A stretch of DNA of 64,000 bases from the human T2T-CHM13v2.0 reference genome, Homo sapiens. Location of the stretch: NCBI RefSeq assembly GCF_009914755.1, contig NC_060931.1; one strand, written 5' to 3'. Position 1 is the first letter of the stretch, and each line of letters begins with the position of its first letter. Below are positions 30,880-44,480 of this stretch, one piece after another. Made by a program: the position numbers and the translations under genes. The notes beneath the pieces were generated by a model. The model did not search any database, was not told the origin of the DNA, and worked only from the letters and a program-made list of their open reading frames with translations.

Positions 30880-31525
30880 TAATCTAGAGCCATAAATTTA
30901 CCTCATAAAGACCACAATGTAGCCTTAAATCAGTTCCATACTTTACTGGATTAAAGTGAATCCTCTCTGGGAAAGTAAAGTATTACTACAGACGCAATTA
31001 TCTGTCCACCTTTTTTTAATACAAAGTATCTGTTTCAGTTGGATCATCAGGAACATTTTCAAAAAAAGACCAAATGTGTGAAAATGAAGAAGAACAAGGA
31101 GAAGGAGAAGAAGAACAAGAAGATGGAGAAACTATTAATATAATCATGGTTTTTGATATCAAAGTTATTAGACATAAACTTCAAAAACTGTGATTAGTAG
31201 GTGTGAGGAAATAAATATAAAACTGAGAAATTTAGCAGAATATACATTTAAAAATAGAAGTAAAATTCTAAAGCTGAAATATAATTTTTACCTTTATAGA
31301 TATAATTCTTAACTTGATAAATGCCACAGATAGAATTATGGGCAGATTAGGTAGAGTTGGATAGAATTAGGGAGCAGGTCGTAAGAAAATTATGGCAACT
31401 GAAGCACTGGCAGTAAAGGTGGAGTGAAAGCGAAACAAAGGTGTAAAATACAAAAGAGACATGGAGCCAAGGTTTAGCATATGAATGAATATTATATATA
31501 ATTGAAGCCCCAACATAAGTGGAGA
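30880..31525 (+). mobile_element. Old L1M ORF1-region fragment
   Basis: A-rich; gatatcaaagttattagacataaacttcaaaa, tatataattgaagcccc; continues after 32650. Confidence 0.5.
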
Positions 31526-31573
31526 TAATACTGGGAAGTGTAGGGTCAATTGAAGCCCCCAAATAAGTGGAGA

Positions 31574-32343
<770 letters not shown>

Positions 32344-32363
32344 GAGATAGAAAGTGGGACAGA

Positions 32364-32650
<287 letters not shown>

Positions 32651-32799
32651 AGCCTACTGTACCAAAAAAAGGGATAGACACAATATTTTAAGATATATCC
32701 ATTAACAATTTTCCTAGACTGATGAAATATAACAAGTTACAGATTAAAAGTTACTATAAATCTAAAACAAAATAAATGTAAAGAACCATATTATTTGCT

Positions 32800-33152
32800 T
32801 TTTTCAAATTTATCTATTTATTTATTTAAATTGACAGATAAATTGTATGTATTTATCACTTACAACATGATGTTTTGAAGTAGATACACATTGTGGAATG
32901 GTTACACGTAGCTAATTAACACTTGCATTACCTCTCATAGTTATCAACTTTTTGGTGATAACTGTTAACATCCAGGCTGTTAGCATATTTAAGAATACAG
33001 TGTATCATCATTAACAATAGTCACCATGCCATACAATAGAATGGTGGTTACCAAAGACTGGGAGGGAAGGGGGATGGGGGTGGGTGGAGAGGGGAGATGT
33101 TGGTTAAAGGATAGAAAATTGCAGTTAAGTAGGAGGAATAAGTTCAAGAGAT
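32800..33152 (-). mobile_element. L1MA 3' end with internal inversion (twin priming)
   Basis: Minus-strand 3' end 32800-33040 joined to the adjoining upstream L1MA segment on the plus strand 33035-33152; TSD ccata(t/a)tatttg(c/t)tttt at 32786 and 33153. Confidence 0.85.
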
Positions 33153-34384
33153 CCATAATATTTGTTTTTAATAGAAAATGTCAGAACTTGATGTCTTTTA
33201 ACCCTAAGTGATTTGCTTTGTTCATTTAAACCTTATAAAATGACCATCCACAATATTTAACATATAAATTATTGTGATGTTCGTGCAATCAGAATTGCCT
33301 CCAATTATGCTCATCAGTGAATTCTCTGGAAAATACCCCTACAACCAAAGGAATTGTGTCCTGAATTCTCTGAATCACACACACCTGCTCTGCACTTCTA
33401 TGTAAATGATCAAGATTTAACAATGCTTTAATACTATATTGTTTCCTGGAATTAATTTATATAAGTTTTCACCTTCATGTGCAGGCAAATGGACCTGCCC
33501 CTAAGTGACATCTGCCTTATGCTCTGTAGGAAGCAAGTCTACACTGACTTAGCAGGACTGGAGATTACAAAGCAGCCTATAGTTGTTCTGTATTCTTGAT
33601 GAGATATATGCTTTAATTTCATGTGTTATATAATATCTATGTTGAAACAAGTTGTTTCCAAAAAATTTTAATGAATCTTTTTTTCTCATAGTTTAGGGCC
33701 TTTTATCATCATACTCATAAGATTTCCAATTTGGTTGTTAAGAATCATCTTTGGAGGACTTCACCATGATTCTAAGTACTGCATAAGTATTCACCACATT
33801 GTGTGCACACTCAGTACTGCTCTATAAGGGAGATAGCACAGTCTGCCTGAACATTTTACATTCAACTCTGAGATTGATCCATGTGACATATTTAAAATGA
33901 GGATGCTGATGGTGTGGGTGTGGCTGCCTGAATGGTCATGTAGTGAAGGATTCTGAGTCTGTGCCCCTGTTCTTGGATCTAAGTCAAAGAGTTCAATAAT
34001 CACTGAGCCCTCCCTAGTATTTGTAAGGGAGATGGAGTAGTGGCAAATGTGCCAGACATTTCCTGAAAATCTTTTAGCAAAAGTCATAACCAAGATTAGG
34101 AAAGGATTAAATAAAAACCAATTGCATGGGAAAAGAGCCAACTGCAGTTTACCATACTGTTAATTTAAACGTTACTATAAAGAAAGTAAACATATTCAGC
34201 ATTGTCTGAAACCATGCTCTGTGGAAGAGAGATGATTTTGAACCCCGGGTAGTTCATTTGCCCTTACTAGACTCACTGCTTGGATTGCCAGGATCTGGTT
34301 TGAGGTTCCTTGGGAGACTTGGACATGCAATGATGACTAGCAGCTTCCTGAAGTGAGTTTGTCTCCATTTAAACCTGTATCATA

Positions 34385-34550
34385 ACCCATTTAATCCAAA
34401 CAGCAGTGCTAGGTATCATTCTTCCCAACTGACACATGGGGAAATTGTGTCTCAGAAATTTTAAGTTACTCACCTAAGGTCAGTAATTTAGTAAATACTG
34501 GCAGGTGTTTACCATTAAAAATATAGAGTATGCTCTTTCTACTATATCAA
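34385..34550 (-). mobile_element. MIR
   Basis: catttaatcc...gacacatggggaaattgtgtctcagaaattttaagttactcacctaaggtca. Confidence 0.7.
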
Positions 34551-36820
34551 AGAAAGGGCAACCAGAGGACAAAATACTTGCTGGAAACACTACAGTAAAA
34601 CCTGAAAGGAAAACAGAGCTCCGTCACTTTCACTTGACCTCATTCCAGAGTATAACCTATCTCCTGGTACCTGATATGCAGGCATTAACCTGGCAAATGC
34701 CTTTTTTTCCATTCCTGTCCATAAGGCCCACCAGAAGCAATTTGCCTTCAGCTGTCGAGGCCAGTAATATACCTTTACTGTCCTACCTCAGGGGTGTGTA
34801 AACTCTCTGGCTTTGTGTCACAATCTTGTTCACAGAGATCTTGATCACTTTTGCCTTTCACAAGATATTACACTGGTCCATCACATTGACGACATTATGT
34901 TGATTGGATCCAGTGAGCAATAAGTAGCAAACACCCTGGACTTATGGTGAGACATTTGCATATCAAGGGATGGGAAATAAATCTGACTAAAATTCAGGGA
35001 ACTTTTACCTCAGTGAAATTTCTAGGGGTCCAGTGGTGTGGGGCCTGTCAAGATATTCCTTCTAAGCTGAAGGGTAAGTTGCTGAATTTGGCCCCTCCTA
35101 CAACCAAGAAAGAGCCACAATGCCTAGTGGGCCTATTTGGATTTTGGAGGCAACACATTCCTTATTTGGGTGTGTTACTCTGGCCCATTTATCAAGTGAC
35201 TCAAAAGGCTGCCGGTTTTGAGTGGGGTCCAGAATAGGAGAAGGCTCCGCAACAGGCCCAGGCTGCCATGCAAGCTGCTCTGCCACTGAGACCACATGAC
35301 CCAGCAGATCCAATGGTGCTTGAGGTGTCAGTGGTAGATAGGGATGCTGCTTGGAGGCTTTGGCAGGCCCTCATGTGTGAATCACACTGGAGGCCCCCAG
35401 GATTTTGAAGCAAGGCTCTGCCATCTTCTGAAGATAACTACTCTTCTCTCCTTTTTGAGAGACAGCTCTTGGCCTGTTACTGGGCTTTGGTGGAAACTGA
35501 AGTCACCATGTGACCTGAGCTGTCTATCATGAACTGGGTGCTTTCTGACCCACCTACCCACAAAGTGGGTCATGAACAGCAGCCTTCCATGATCAAATAG
35601 AAGTGGTATATACGTGATCGGATTTGAGCAGATCCTGAAGGCACAAGTAAGTTACATGAGGAAGTGGCTCAAGTGCCCATGGCCTCCACTCCTGCCACCC
35701 TGCCTTCTCTCCACCAGCCTGCACCAATGGCCTCATAGGGAGTTCCCTACAATCAATTGACAGAGGAAGAGAAGACTACGGCCTGGTTCATAGGTGGTTC
35801 TGCACAATATGTCAACACCACCCAAAAGTAGACAGCTGCAGCACTACAGCCCCTTTCTAGGACATCCTTGAAGGACAGTGGTGAAGGAAGATCTTCCCAG
35901 TGGGCAGAACTTCGAGCAGTGTGCCTGGTTGTGCACTTCACTTGTAAGGAGAAATGGCCAGATGTGTGATTATATATTGGTTCTGGGCTGTAGCCAGTGG
36001 TTTGGTTGGATGGTCAGGGACTTGGAAGAAGCATGATTGGAAAATTGGTGACAAGGAAATCCGGGGAAGAGGTATGTGGATGGACCTCTCTGAGTGGTCA
36101 AAAACTGTGAAGATATTTGTATCCCTTGTGAGTGTTCACCAAAGGGTGACCTCAGCAGAGGAGGATTTTGATAGTCAAGTGGATAGGATGACTCATTCTG
36201 TGGACACCACTCAGCCTCTTACCCCAGCTGCCCCTGTCATCACCCAATGGGCGCATGAACAAATTGGCCATGGTGGGAGGGATGGAGGTTATGCATGGTC
36301 TCAGCAACATGGACTTACATTCATCAAGGCTGACCTGGCTACGGCTATTGCTGAGTGCCCAATTTACCAGCAGCACAGACCAAAACCAAGCCCTTGATAT
36401 GGCACCATTCCTTGGGGTGATCAGCCAGCTGCTTGGTGGCAGGTGGATTATATTGGACTTCTTCTATAATGGAAAGGGCAGAGGTTTGTCCTCACTGGAA
36501 TAGGCACTTTCTATAGATAATGGGTTTGCCTATCCTGCAGGCAATGTTTCTGCCAACACTATCATCCATGGACTCATGGAATACCTTATCCACCGTCACA
36601 GTATTCCACACAGCATTGCCGCTGACCAAAGCACTCACTTTACAGCTTAAGAAGTGTGGCAGTGGGCTCATGCTCATGGAATTCACTGGTCTTACCATGT
36701 TCCCCATCATCTGGAAGCAGGTGGATTGATAGAATGGTGGAATGGCCTTTTGAAGTCACAATTACAATGCCAATTAGGTACAATACTTTGCAGGGCTAGG
36801 GCAAAGTTCTCTAAAAGGCT

Positions 36821-37372
36821 GTGTATGCTCTGAATGAGCATCTAATATATCGTACTGTTTCTCCCATAACCAGGATTCAGGGGTCCAGGAATCAAGGGGT
36901 GGAAGTAGAAGTGGCACCACTCACCATCATCCCTAGTGATCCATTGGCAAAACTTTTGCTTCCTGTTCCTGTGACATTACATTCTGCTGCTCCAGAGGTC
37001 TTAGTTTCAGAAGGAGGAGTGCTGCCACCAGGAGACACAACAACAATAAAATTAAACTGGAAGTTAAGTTTGCCACCTGGACACTTTGGGCTCCTCCTAC
37101 CTCTAAGTCAACAGGTTAAGAAGGGAGTTACAGTGTTTGCTGGGGTGACTGACCTCAACTATGAAGATAAAATCAGCCTACTACTCCACAGTGGAGGTGA
37201 GGAAGAGTATGAGTGGAATACAGGCAATCCCTTAGAGTGTCTCTTAGTATTACCATGCCTTGTGATTAAGGTCAATGGGAAACTACAACAGCCCAATCCA
37301 GGCAGGACTAGAAATGGCCCAGACTCTTCAGGAATGAAGGTTTGGGTCACTCCACCAGGAGAAAAACCATGA
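36821..37372 (+). pseudogene. HERV-L dUTPase remnant, 183-codon open frame with no ATG start
   Basis: VLPPGDTT, LPPGHFGLLLP, AGVTDLNYEDKI (degenerate dUTPase motif III). Confidence 0.8.
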
Positions 37373-37669
37373 CCTGCTGAGATGCTTGCTGAAGGCAAAG
37401 GGAATACAGAATGGGTAGTAGAAGAAGGTAGTCATCAGTACTAGCTACGACCACATGACCAGCTGCCGAAATGAGTACTATAATTATCATGAGTATTTTT
37501 TCCTTATTTTGTTAGGAATATGTTCGTGCATGAATATACTTGTAATAAGAAAATATCTTCATTTAATTTTCTTTCTTTTTCCTTTATCATGTGACATAAG
37601 ATTTATTGACTTCATATCAGCATTTAAGTGTTGTTAACTTTATGTAATAGCATTTAGGTTAAGGATTAG

Positions 37670-38029
<360 letters not shown>

Positions 38030-38104
38030 TATTATTTTCTTTAATTGGAAATTATGTATGATTTCAGGAGATGTGTACGGGCTCAAGTTGACAAGGGGTG
38101 GACT

Positions 38105-38653
38105 TGTGATGGTTAATATTAAGTGTCAACTTAACTGGATTGAAGGATACAAAGTATTGTTCCTGGGTGTGTCTATGAGGGTGTTGCTAAAGGAAGTAAA
38201 CATTTGAGTCAGTGGACTGGGAGAGGCAGACCAACTCTTAATGTGGGTGGGCACCATCTAATCAACTGTCAGTGCAGCTGGAATAAAGCAGGTGGATGAA
38301 GGTGGGAGAAGCTGACTTGCTGAGTCTTCTGGCCTTTATCTTTCTTCCATGCTGGATGCTTCCTGCCCTCGAACATCAGACTCCAAGTTCTTCAGTGTTT
38401 GGACTCTTGGGATTACGCAAGTGGTTTGCCAGGGGATCTCAGGCCTTCTGCCACAGACTGAAGGCTGCACTGTCAGCTTCCCTACTTTTGAGGTTTTGGG
38501 ACTCAAAGTGGCTTCCTTGTTCCTCAGCTTGCAGATGGCTTATTGTGGGACTTCACCTTGTGATCCTGTGAGTCAATACTCCTTAATAAACTCCCTTTCA
38601 TATATACATCTATCCTATTAGTTCTGTCTCTGTAAGGAACCCTGACTAATACA
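38105..38653 (+). mobile_element. MLT2A (A2-like) 3' LTR of HERV-L
   Basis: tgtgatggttaatattaagtgtcaac ... ttaataaactccc ... gaaccctgactaataca. Confidence 0.92.
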
Positions 38654-38958
38654 ACATTCTTTCCCACTTCCACATAGGGAGTTTGATAGTGGGCTAGAAC
38701 TTCAGTACGTGCTACAATGGCACCACCTGGATGACTTTATGCTGTAAGGTACACAAGTAACAGCCACAATCAGTAAGAAACAGTAGGAACACAGCAACAG
38801 GAATAGAATCCTTACTCGGAAAGGAGCTGCCAACCTAGGAATCTAGATAAATGACAGAGCCATAACATAAAGGAAAAAAAATGTTGCAGATTGTCTAAAG
38901 GGATATTGCCATGATTTCCTGGAACAGTAGATTTTAAAAATGAGCAGTAGGGAATAAT

Positions 38959-39240
38959 TGTGATGGTTAAGCATATATGTCAACTTGGCAAGATTATGAT
39001 GCCCAGGTTTTTACTCAAACACCACTTTAGATATTGCTGTGAAGCAACTTTGCAGTTGTGATTAATAACTGCAATCATTGACCTTATGTAAAGGAGATTG
39101 TCCTTTATAATGAGAGTAGGTCTCATCCAATCGGTAGAAGTCTAAAAGAGCAAAAGCTGAGGTTTCCTGGAATTATGCATCAAGATTGTTACATGGAAAT
39201 CCTGTGGGCATTTCCAGACTTCCAGCTTGTCCTATGAATT
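38959..39240 (+). mobile_element. MLT2 (C/D-like) LTR, 5' fragment
   Basis: tgtgatggttaagcatatatgtcaacttggc...tctcatccaatc. Confidence 0.75.
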
Positions 39241-39247
39241 TCATGTC

Positions 39248-39543
39248 TGGTGATTTTGTCATTGTGAAAACATCATAGAGTGTGTTTACACAAACTAGAT
39301 GGTAGAGTCCACTGCACACCTGGGCTATATGGTATATCTATTGCTCCTAGGCTGCAAACCTGTTCAGTATATTATTGTACTGAATACTGTAGGCAACTAA
39401 AACACAACAGTAAGTATGTATGTATCTAAACATATCTAAACATAGAAAAGATACAGGAAAAAAATCTATTATAACAATCTTCTGGGACAACTGTCTTACA
39501 TGTGGTCCATTTACCAAAATGCCATGATGGGTTATATGACTGT
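39248..39543. mobile_element. Tigger3/MER7 (Tc1/mariner-type) DNA transposon fossil
   Basis: acatcatagagtgtgtttacacaaactagatggt...ctcctaggctgcaaacctg...atgactg terminus. Confidence 0.8.
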
Positions 39544-39719
39544 GTATGTAGTATATTATATATTATCACTGTGCATATGTAAAATATTAGGAAATATATG
39601 GTATAGAATGTGTTATATAATTCATAACATAATTATTATAACATTATTTCATGACATATATTATACTATATTACATTGTCTTATAATTTTAATATGCCAG
39701 TCTTAAATGTCAAAAGAAT

Positions 39720-40330
39720 AGGAAGGAGCTAACATGGCTAAGTGTGGTGGAAAAGGGGTGGACTCTGGAAGATGAGGAAGACAGCTAAGTGAGGGTTAGA
39801 TTGGGTAGGTCCTTGGGGTCAATTGTATTTGGGTTACAGGGACTGAGATAAAGTGGTCTATGTGACTTACAAACTTAAAGATTCAACCTACCTGTTGTAA
39901 AGATATTGGGATATGAGATGGCAAGGACAAAAGCAGGAAAAGCAATTGCTTTAACCCCGGGAGAGGGGCTGGTGTCTTGGACAAGGTGGTTGCAGTGGAA
40001 ATAGGGAGCAGTGCTCCTCTTCCAGTACAATTTAAAGTGGCACTAACAGGATGCAGAGATTAGAAGGGTACGAGTAAAAGAACAGGGTCAAAGGTCAAGT
40101 CCAAAGCTTTGGTCTCAAGCAAGTGAAAAATGTGGTTACTCTTTCCTGAATTGGTAATAAAAACAGCAGGAGTAACAACGGCTGGGGGAGGGGAGGGAAG
40201 ATGAGGAGCTGAGCTTAAGGCTTGCCAGGTGTGTTCTTGTTAGACACCCACGTGAAAGGTTAAATAGACAGTTTAGTTTAGTTAAATAGACAGTTTAGTT
40301 CCAGAGCATGGTTATAGGTTGATAAATCAT
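39720..40330 (-). mobile_element. L2 fragment
   Basis: ggtgtcttggacaaggtggttgcagtgg, agctttggtctcaagcaagtg. Confidence 0.6.
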
Positions 40331-40559
40331 ACATTCATGAAAAAGCTGCACTAAATTGAGTACTTATCTGTTGATAGAAGTATGATTTTTTACTACTGAA
40401 AAATTTAATGGTATGTATCCAATAACTTTAAAATAGTGGTATATTTAAAAAATTGTTATATTAATTGATATATTTTTTAAAATCAACATTTTAAATTGAT
40501 ATGTTAAAATTGGTATTTTAATTGGTATATTTAAAAAATACCAATATTTTAAAGATCCC

Positions 40560-41082
40560 AATTCCTGAAATGCAGAAACTGACCTGGCATCCACAGCGAG
40601 GTCATTTTTCTTTTATTACACTTAAACAATCTCACAGAATACTAACCTCAGACAAGGTTACTTTTAGATCACGACAAAATGAGACAGAGTAAGGCTACTT
40701 CATAATTTTGTCTCATCAAGGATAAACACAAGTTAACTATGCCTTCTACAGAATACCATACATCCCCTCTCTTAGCCAAAATGAGTGAATGCTACTCCTT
40801 CACAAGTTACAACCTTATCCCCATTACAGTTTCCCCTATAGAGAAATAAGATTTATTGAAATACGCAACCATTGCCCTCGCTTTATGACAACATCCAATC
40901 TAAAGCAATTCCCTGTTTCCTAGACTCCTCTAGTCAACTGATCATAACCTCAAACTTGTAATAGATTCTTTCTTCCTCCCTTTCACAGAGATACCCCAGT
41001 GTGGTCTCCCTACAATGAGTGCCAAGCCTAACCTGCCTCGCCGTAGGTGTGTTCCTGGTGGCCTTTCTCTGGAGGGCATAAT
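40560..41082 (+). mobile_element. ERV1 solo LTR (MER31/MER67-like)
   Basis: cctcagacaaggttact...ccaaaatgagtg...ggtgtgttcctggtggcctttctctggagggca. Confidence 0.55.
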
Positions 41083-44000
41083 AGTGTAGTTTGGCACCAC
41101 TGATTGGAAAAGAGTTACCAGAATGTTACGATTGCTTAAAAGTGCTTTTTAAAATTATTTTTTAATTTTTCCATAAGTTATTGGGGGTACAGGTGGTATT
41201 TGGTTAAATGAATAAGTTCTTTAGTGGTGATTTGTGAGATTCTGGTGCACCCATCAACCCCGAGCAGTATACACTGCACCAGATTTGTAGTCTTTTATCC
41301 CTCGCCCCCTCCCTCTTTCCCCCTAAGTCTCCAAAGTCCATTATATCATTCTTATACCTTTATTTCCTCATAGCTTAGCTCCCACATGTCAGTGAGAGCA
41401 TACAGTGTTTGGTTTTCCATTCCTGAGTTACTTCACTTAGAATAATAGTCTCCAATCTCATCCAGCTCATTGCAAATGCCACTAATTCATTCCTTTTTAT
41501 GACTAAGTAGTATTCCATTGTATAAATATACCAATTACTTTATCTACTCGTTGACTGATGGACATTTGTGTTGGTTCCACAATTTTGCCATTGCCAATTG
41601 TACTGTTAAAAACATGCATGTGTGAGTATTTTTCATATAATGACTTCTTTTCCTCTGGATAGATACGCAGTGGTGGGATTGCTGGTTCAAATGGTAGTTC
41701 TACTTTCAGTTGGTTAAGGAATCTCCACACTGTTTTCCATAGTGGTTGTACTAGTTTACATTCCCTCCCACAGTGTAGAAGTGTTCCCACGCCAACATCT
41801 ACTGTTGTTTGATGTTTTGATTATGGCCATTCTTGCAGGAGTAAGGTGATACTGCATTCTGGTTTTGATTTGCATTTCCCTGATCATTAGTGATGTTGAG
41901 CATTTTTTCATATGTTTGTTAGCCATTTGTATATCTTCTTTTGAGAATTGTCTATTTATGTTCTTTGCCCACTTTTTGATGGGATTGTTTTATTTTTTCT
42001 TATTGATTTGAGTTGGTTATACATTTTGGATATTAGTCCTTTGTCAGACGTATAGATTGTGAAGATTTTCTCCCACTCTGTGGGTTGTCTGTTTACTCTG
42101 CCAACTGTTCCTTTTGCCATGGAAAAACTCTTTCGTTTAATTAAGTTCCAACTATTTATCTTCGTTTTTATTCCATTTGCTTTTGGGTTCTTGGTCTTGA
42201 AATCCTTGCCTAAGCCAAAGTCTGGAAGGGTTTTTCCAGTGTTATCTTCTAGAATTTTTATAGTTTCATGTCTTAGATTTAAGTCCTTAATCATCTTGAG
42301 TTGATTTTTGTATAAGGTGAGAGACGAAAATCCAGTTTCATTCTGCTACATGTGGCTAGCCAATTATCCCAGCACCATTTATTGAAAAAGGTTATGTTTT
42401 TGTTTTTGTTATCCCAGCACCATTTATTGAAAAGGGTTCTGTCTATGTTTTTGTTTGCTTTGTCAAAGATCAGTTGGCTATTAAGTATTTGGGTTTAGTT
42501 CTGGGTTCTGTATTCTGTTCCATTGGTCTATGTGCCTGTTTTTATACCAGTACCATGCTGTTTTGATGACTATAGCCTTATTGTGTAGTTTGAAATCAGG
42601 TAGTGTGAAGCCTCCAGATTTGTTCTCTTTGCTTAGTCTTGCTTTGGCTATGCCGGCTCTTTTTTATCCATATTAATTTTAGAATTATTTTTTTCTAATT
42701 CTGTGAAGGATGATGGTGGTATTTTGATGGAGACTGCATTGAATTTGTAGATTGCTTTCAGCAGTGTGGTTATTTTCACAATATTGATTCTACCCATCCA
42801 TGAGCATGGGATGTATTTCCATTTATTTGTCTCATCTATGATTTCTTTTAGCAGTATTTTGTAGTTTTCCTTTTAGAGGCATTTCACCTCTTTGGTTATG
42901 TATATTCCTAAGTATTTTATTTTATTTTTTGCAGCTATTGTTAAAGGGGTTGAGTTCTTGATTTGATTCTCCATTTGGTCACTGTTGGTGTATAGAAGAG
43001 CTACTGATTAGTGTACATTAATGTTGTATCTGGAAACTTTGCTGAATTCTTTTATCAGTTTTAGGAGCTTTCTGAAGGAATCTCTGGGGTTTTCAAGGTA
43101 AATGATCATATCATCAGCAAACAGTGACAGTTTGACTTCCACTTTACCAGTTTGGATGTTCACTATTTCTTTCTCTTTTCTGATTGCTCTGGCTAGGACT
43201 TCCAGTTCTATGCTGAAGAGGAGTGGTGAGTCTGGGCATCCATGTCTTGTTCCAGTTCTCAGAGGGAATGCTTTCAACTTTTCCGCATTCAGTATTATGT
43301 TGGCTGTGGGTTTGTCACAGACGGTTTTTATTATATTAAGGTATGCCGATTTTGTTTAGAGTTTTAATCATAAAGCGATACTGGATTTTGTGGAATGCTT
43401 TTTCTGCATCTATTGAGATCATCATGTGATTTTTGTTTTCAATTCTGTTTATGTGGTGTATCACATTTATTGACTTGCATATGTTAAACCATCCCTGCAT
43501 CCCTGGTATGAAATCCACTTGATCATGGTGGGTTATCTTTTTGATATGTTGTTATATTCAGTTAGCTAGTATTTTGAGGATTTTAGCATCTATGTTCATC
43601 AAAGGTATTGGTCTATAGTTTTCTCTTTTGGTTATGTCCTTTCCTGGTTTTGGTATCAGGGTGATGCTGGCTTCATAGAATGAATTAGGGAGGGTTCCTT
43701 CTTTCTCCGTCTTGTGCAATAGTGTCAAAGGAGTTGGTACAAATTCTTTGAATGTCTGGTAGAATTCTGCTGTGAATCCAACTGGTCCTGGACTTTGTTT
43801 TGTTGGTAATTTTTTAATTACCATTTCAATGTCACTGCTTGTTATTGGTCTGTTCAGGGTATCTAATTCTTCCTGATTTAAGCTAGAAGGGTTGTATTTT
43901 TCCAGGAATTCATTCATCTTTTCTAGGTTTTCTAGTTTATGTGTGTAAGGGTGTTCATAGTAGCCTTGGATTATCTTTTGTATTTCAGTGGTGTCAGTTG

Positions 44001-44111
44001 TAATATCTCTCCTGTTTCATTTCTTAATGAGGTTATTTGGATTTTCTCTCTTCTTTCCTTGGTTCATGTTGCTAATGGTCTATAAATTTTATTTATCTTT
44101 TCAAAGAACCA

Positions 44112-44192
44112 CCAACATGGCACATGCATACATATGTAACACCTGCCTGTTGTGCACATGTACCCTAAAACTTAAAGTAAAATAAAAAAAGA
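44112..44192 (+). mobile_element. 81-bp L1PA (PA3-5-like) 3' tail inserted antisense in the L1PB
   Basis: ccaacatggcacatg...gtaccctaaaacttaaagta plus A tail; TSD AAAGAACCA at 44103-44111 and 44193-44201. Confidence 0.88.
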
Positions 44193-44480
44193 AAAGAACC
44201 AGCTTTTTGTTTTATTTATCTTGTTGGTTTGTTTGTTTGTTTCAATGTCATTTAGCTCTGCTCTGATCTTGGTTATTTCCTTCCTTCTGTTGGGTTTGGG
44301 TTTGGTTTGTTCTTGTTTCTCTAGTTCCTTAAAGTGTGACCTTAGAATGTCAGTTCGTGCTCTTTCAGTCTTTTTGATGGAGGCATTTGGGGCTATAGAA
44401 TTTCCTTTTAGCACCACCTTTGATGTATCCCAGAGGTTTTGGTAGGTAGTGTCATTATTATTGTTCAGTTTGAAGAATTT

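Noticed and set aside
34505-34801. 98-aa ORF crossing the HERV-L 5' junction
   Set aside because: A chance fusion of flank sequence and an off-frame pol reading, with a GTG start
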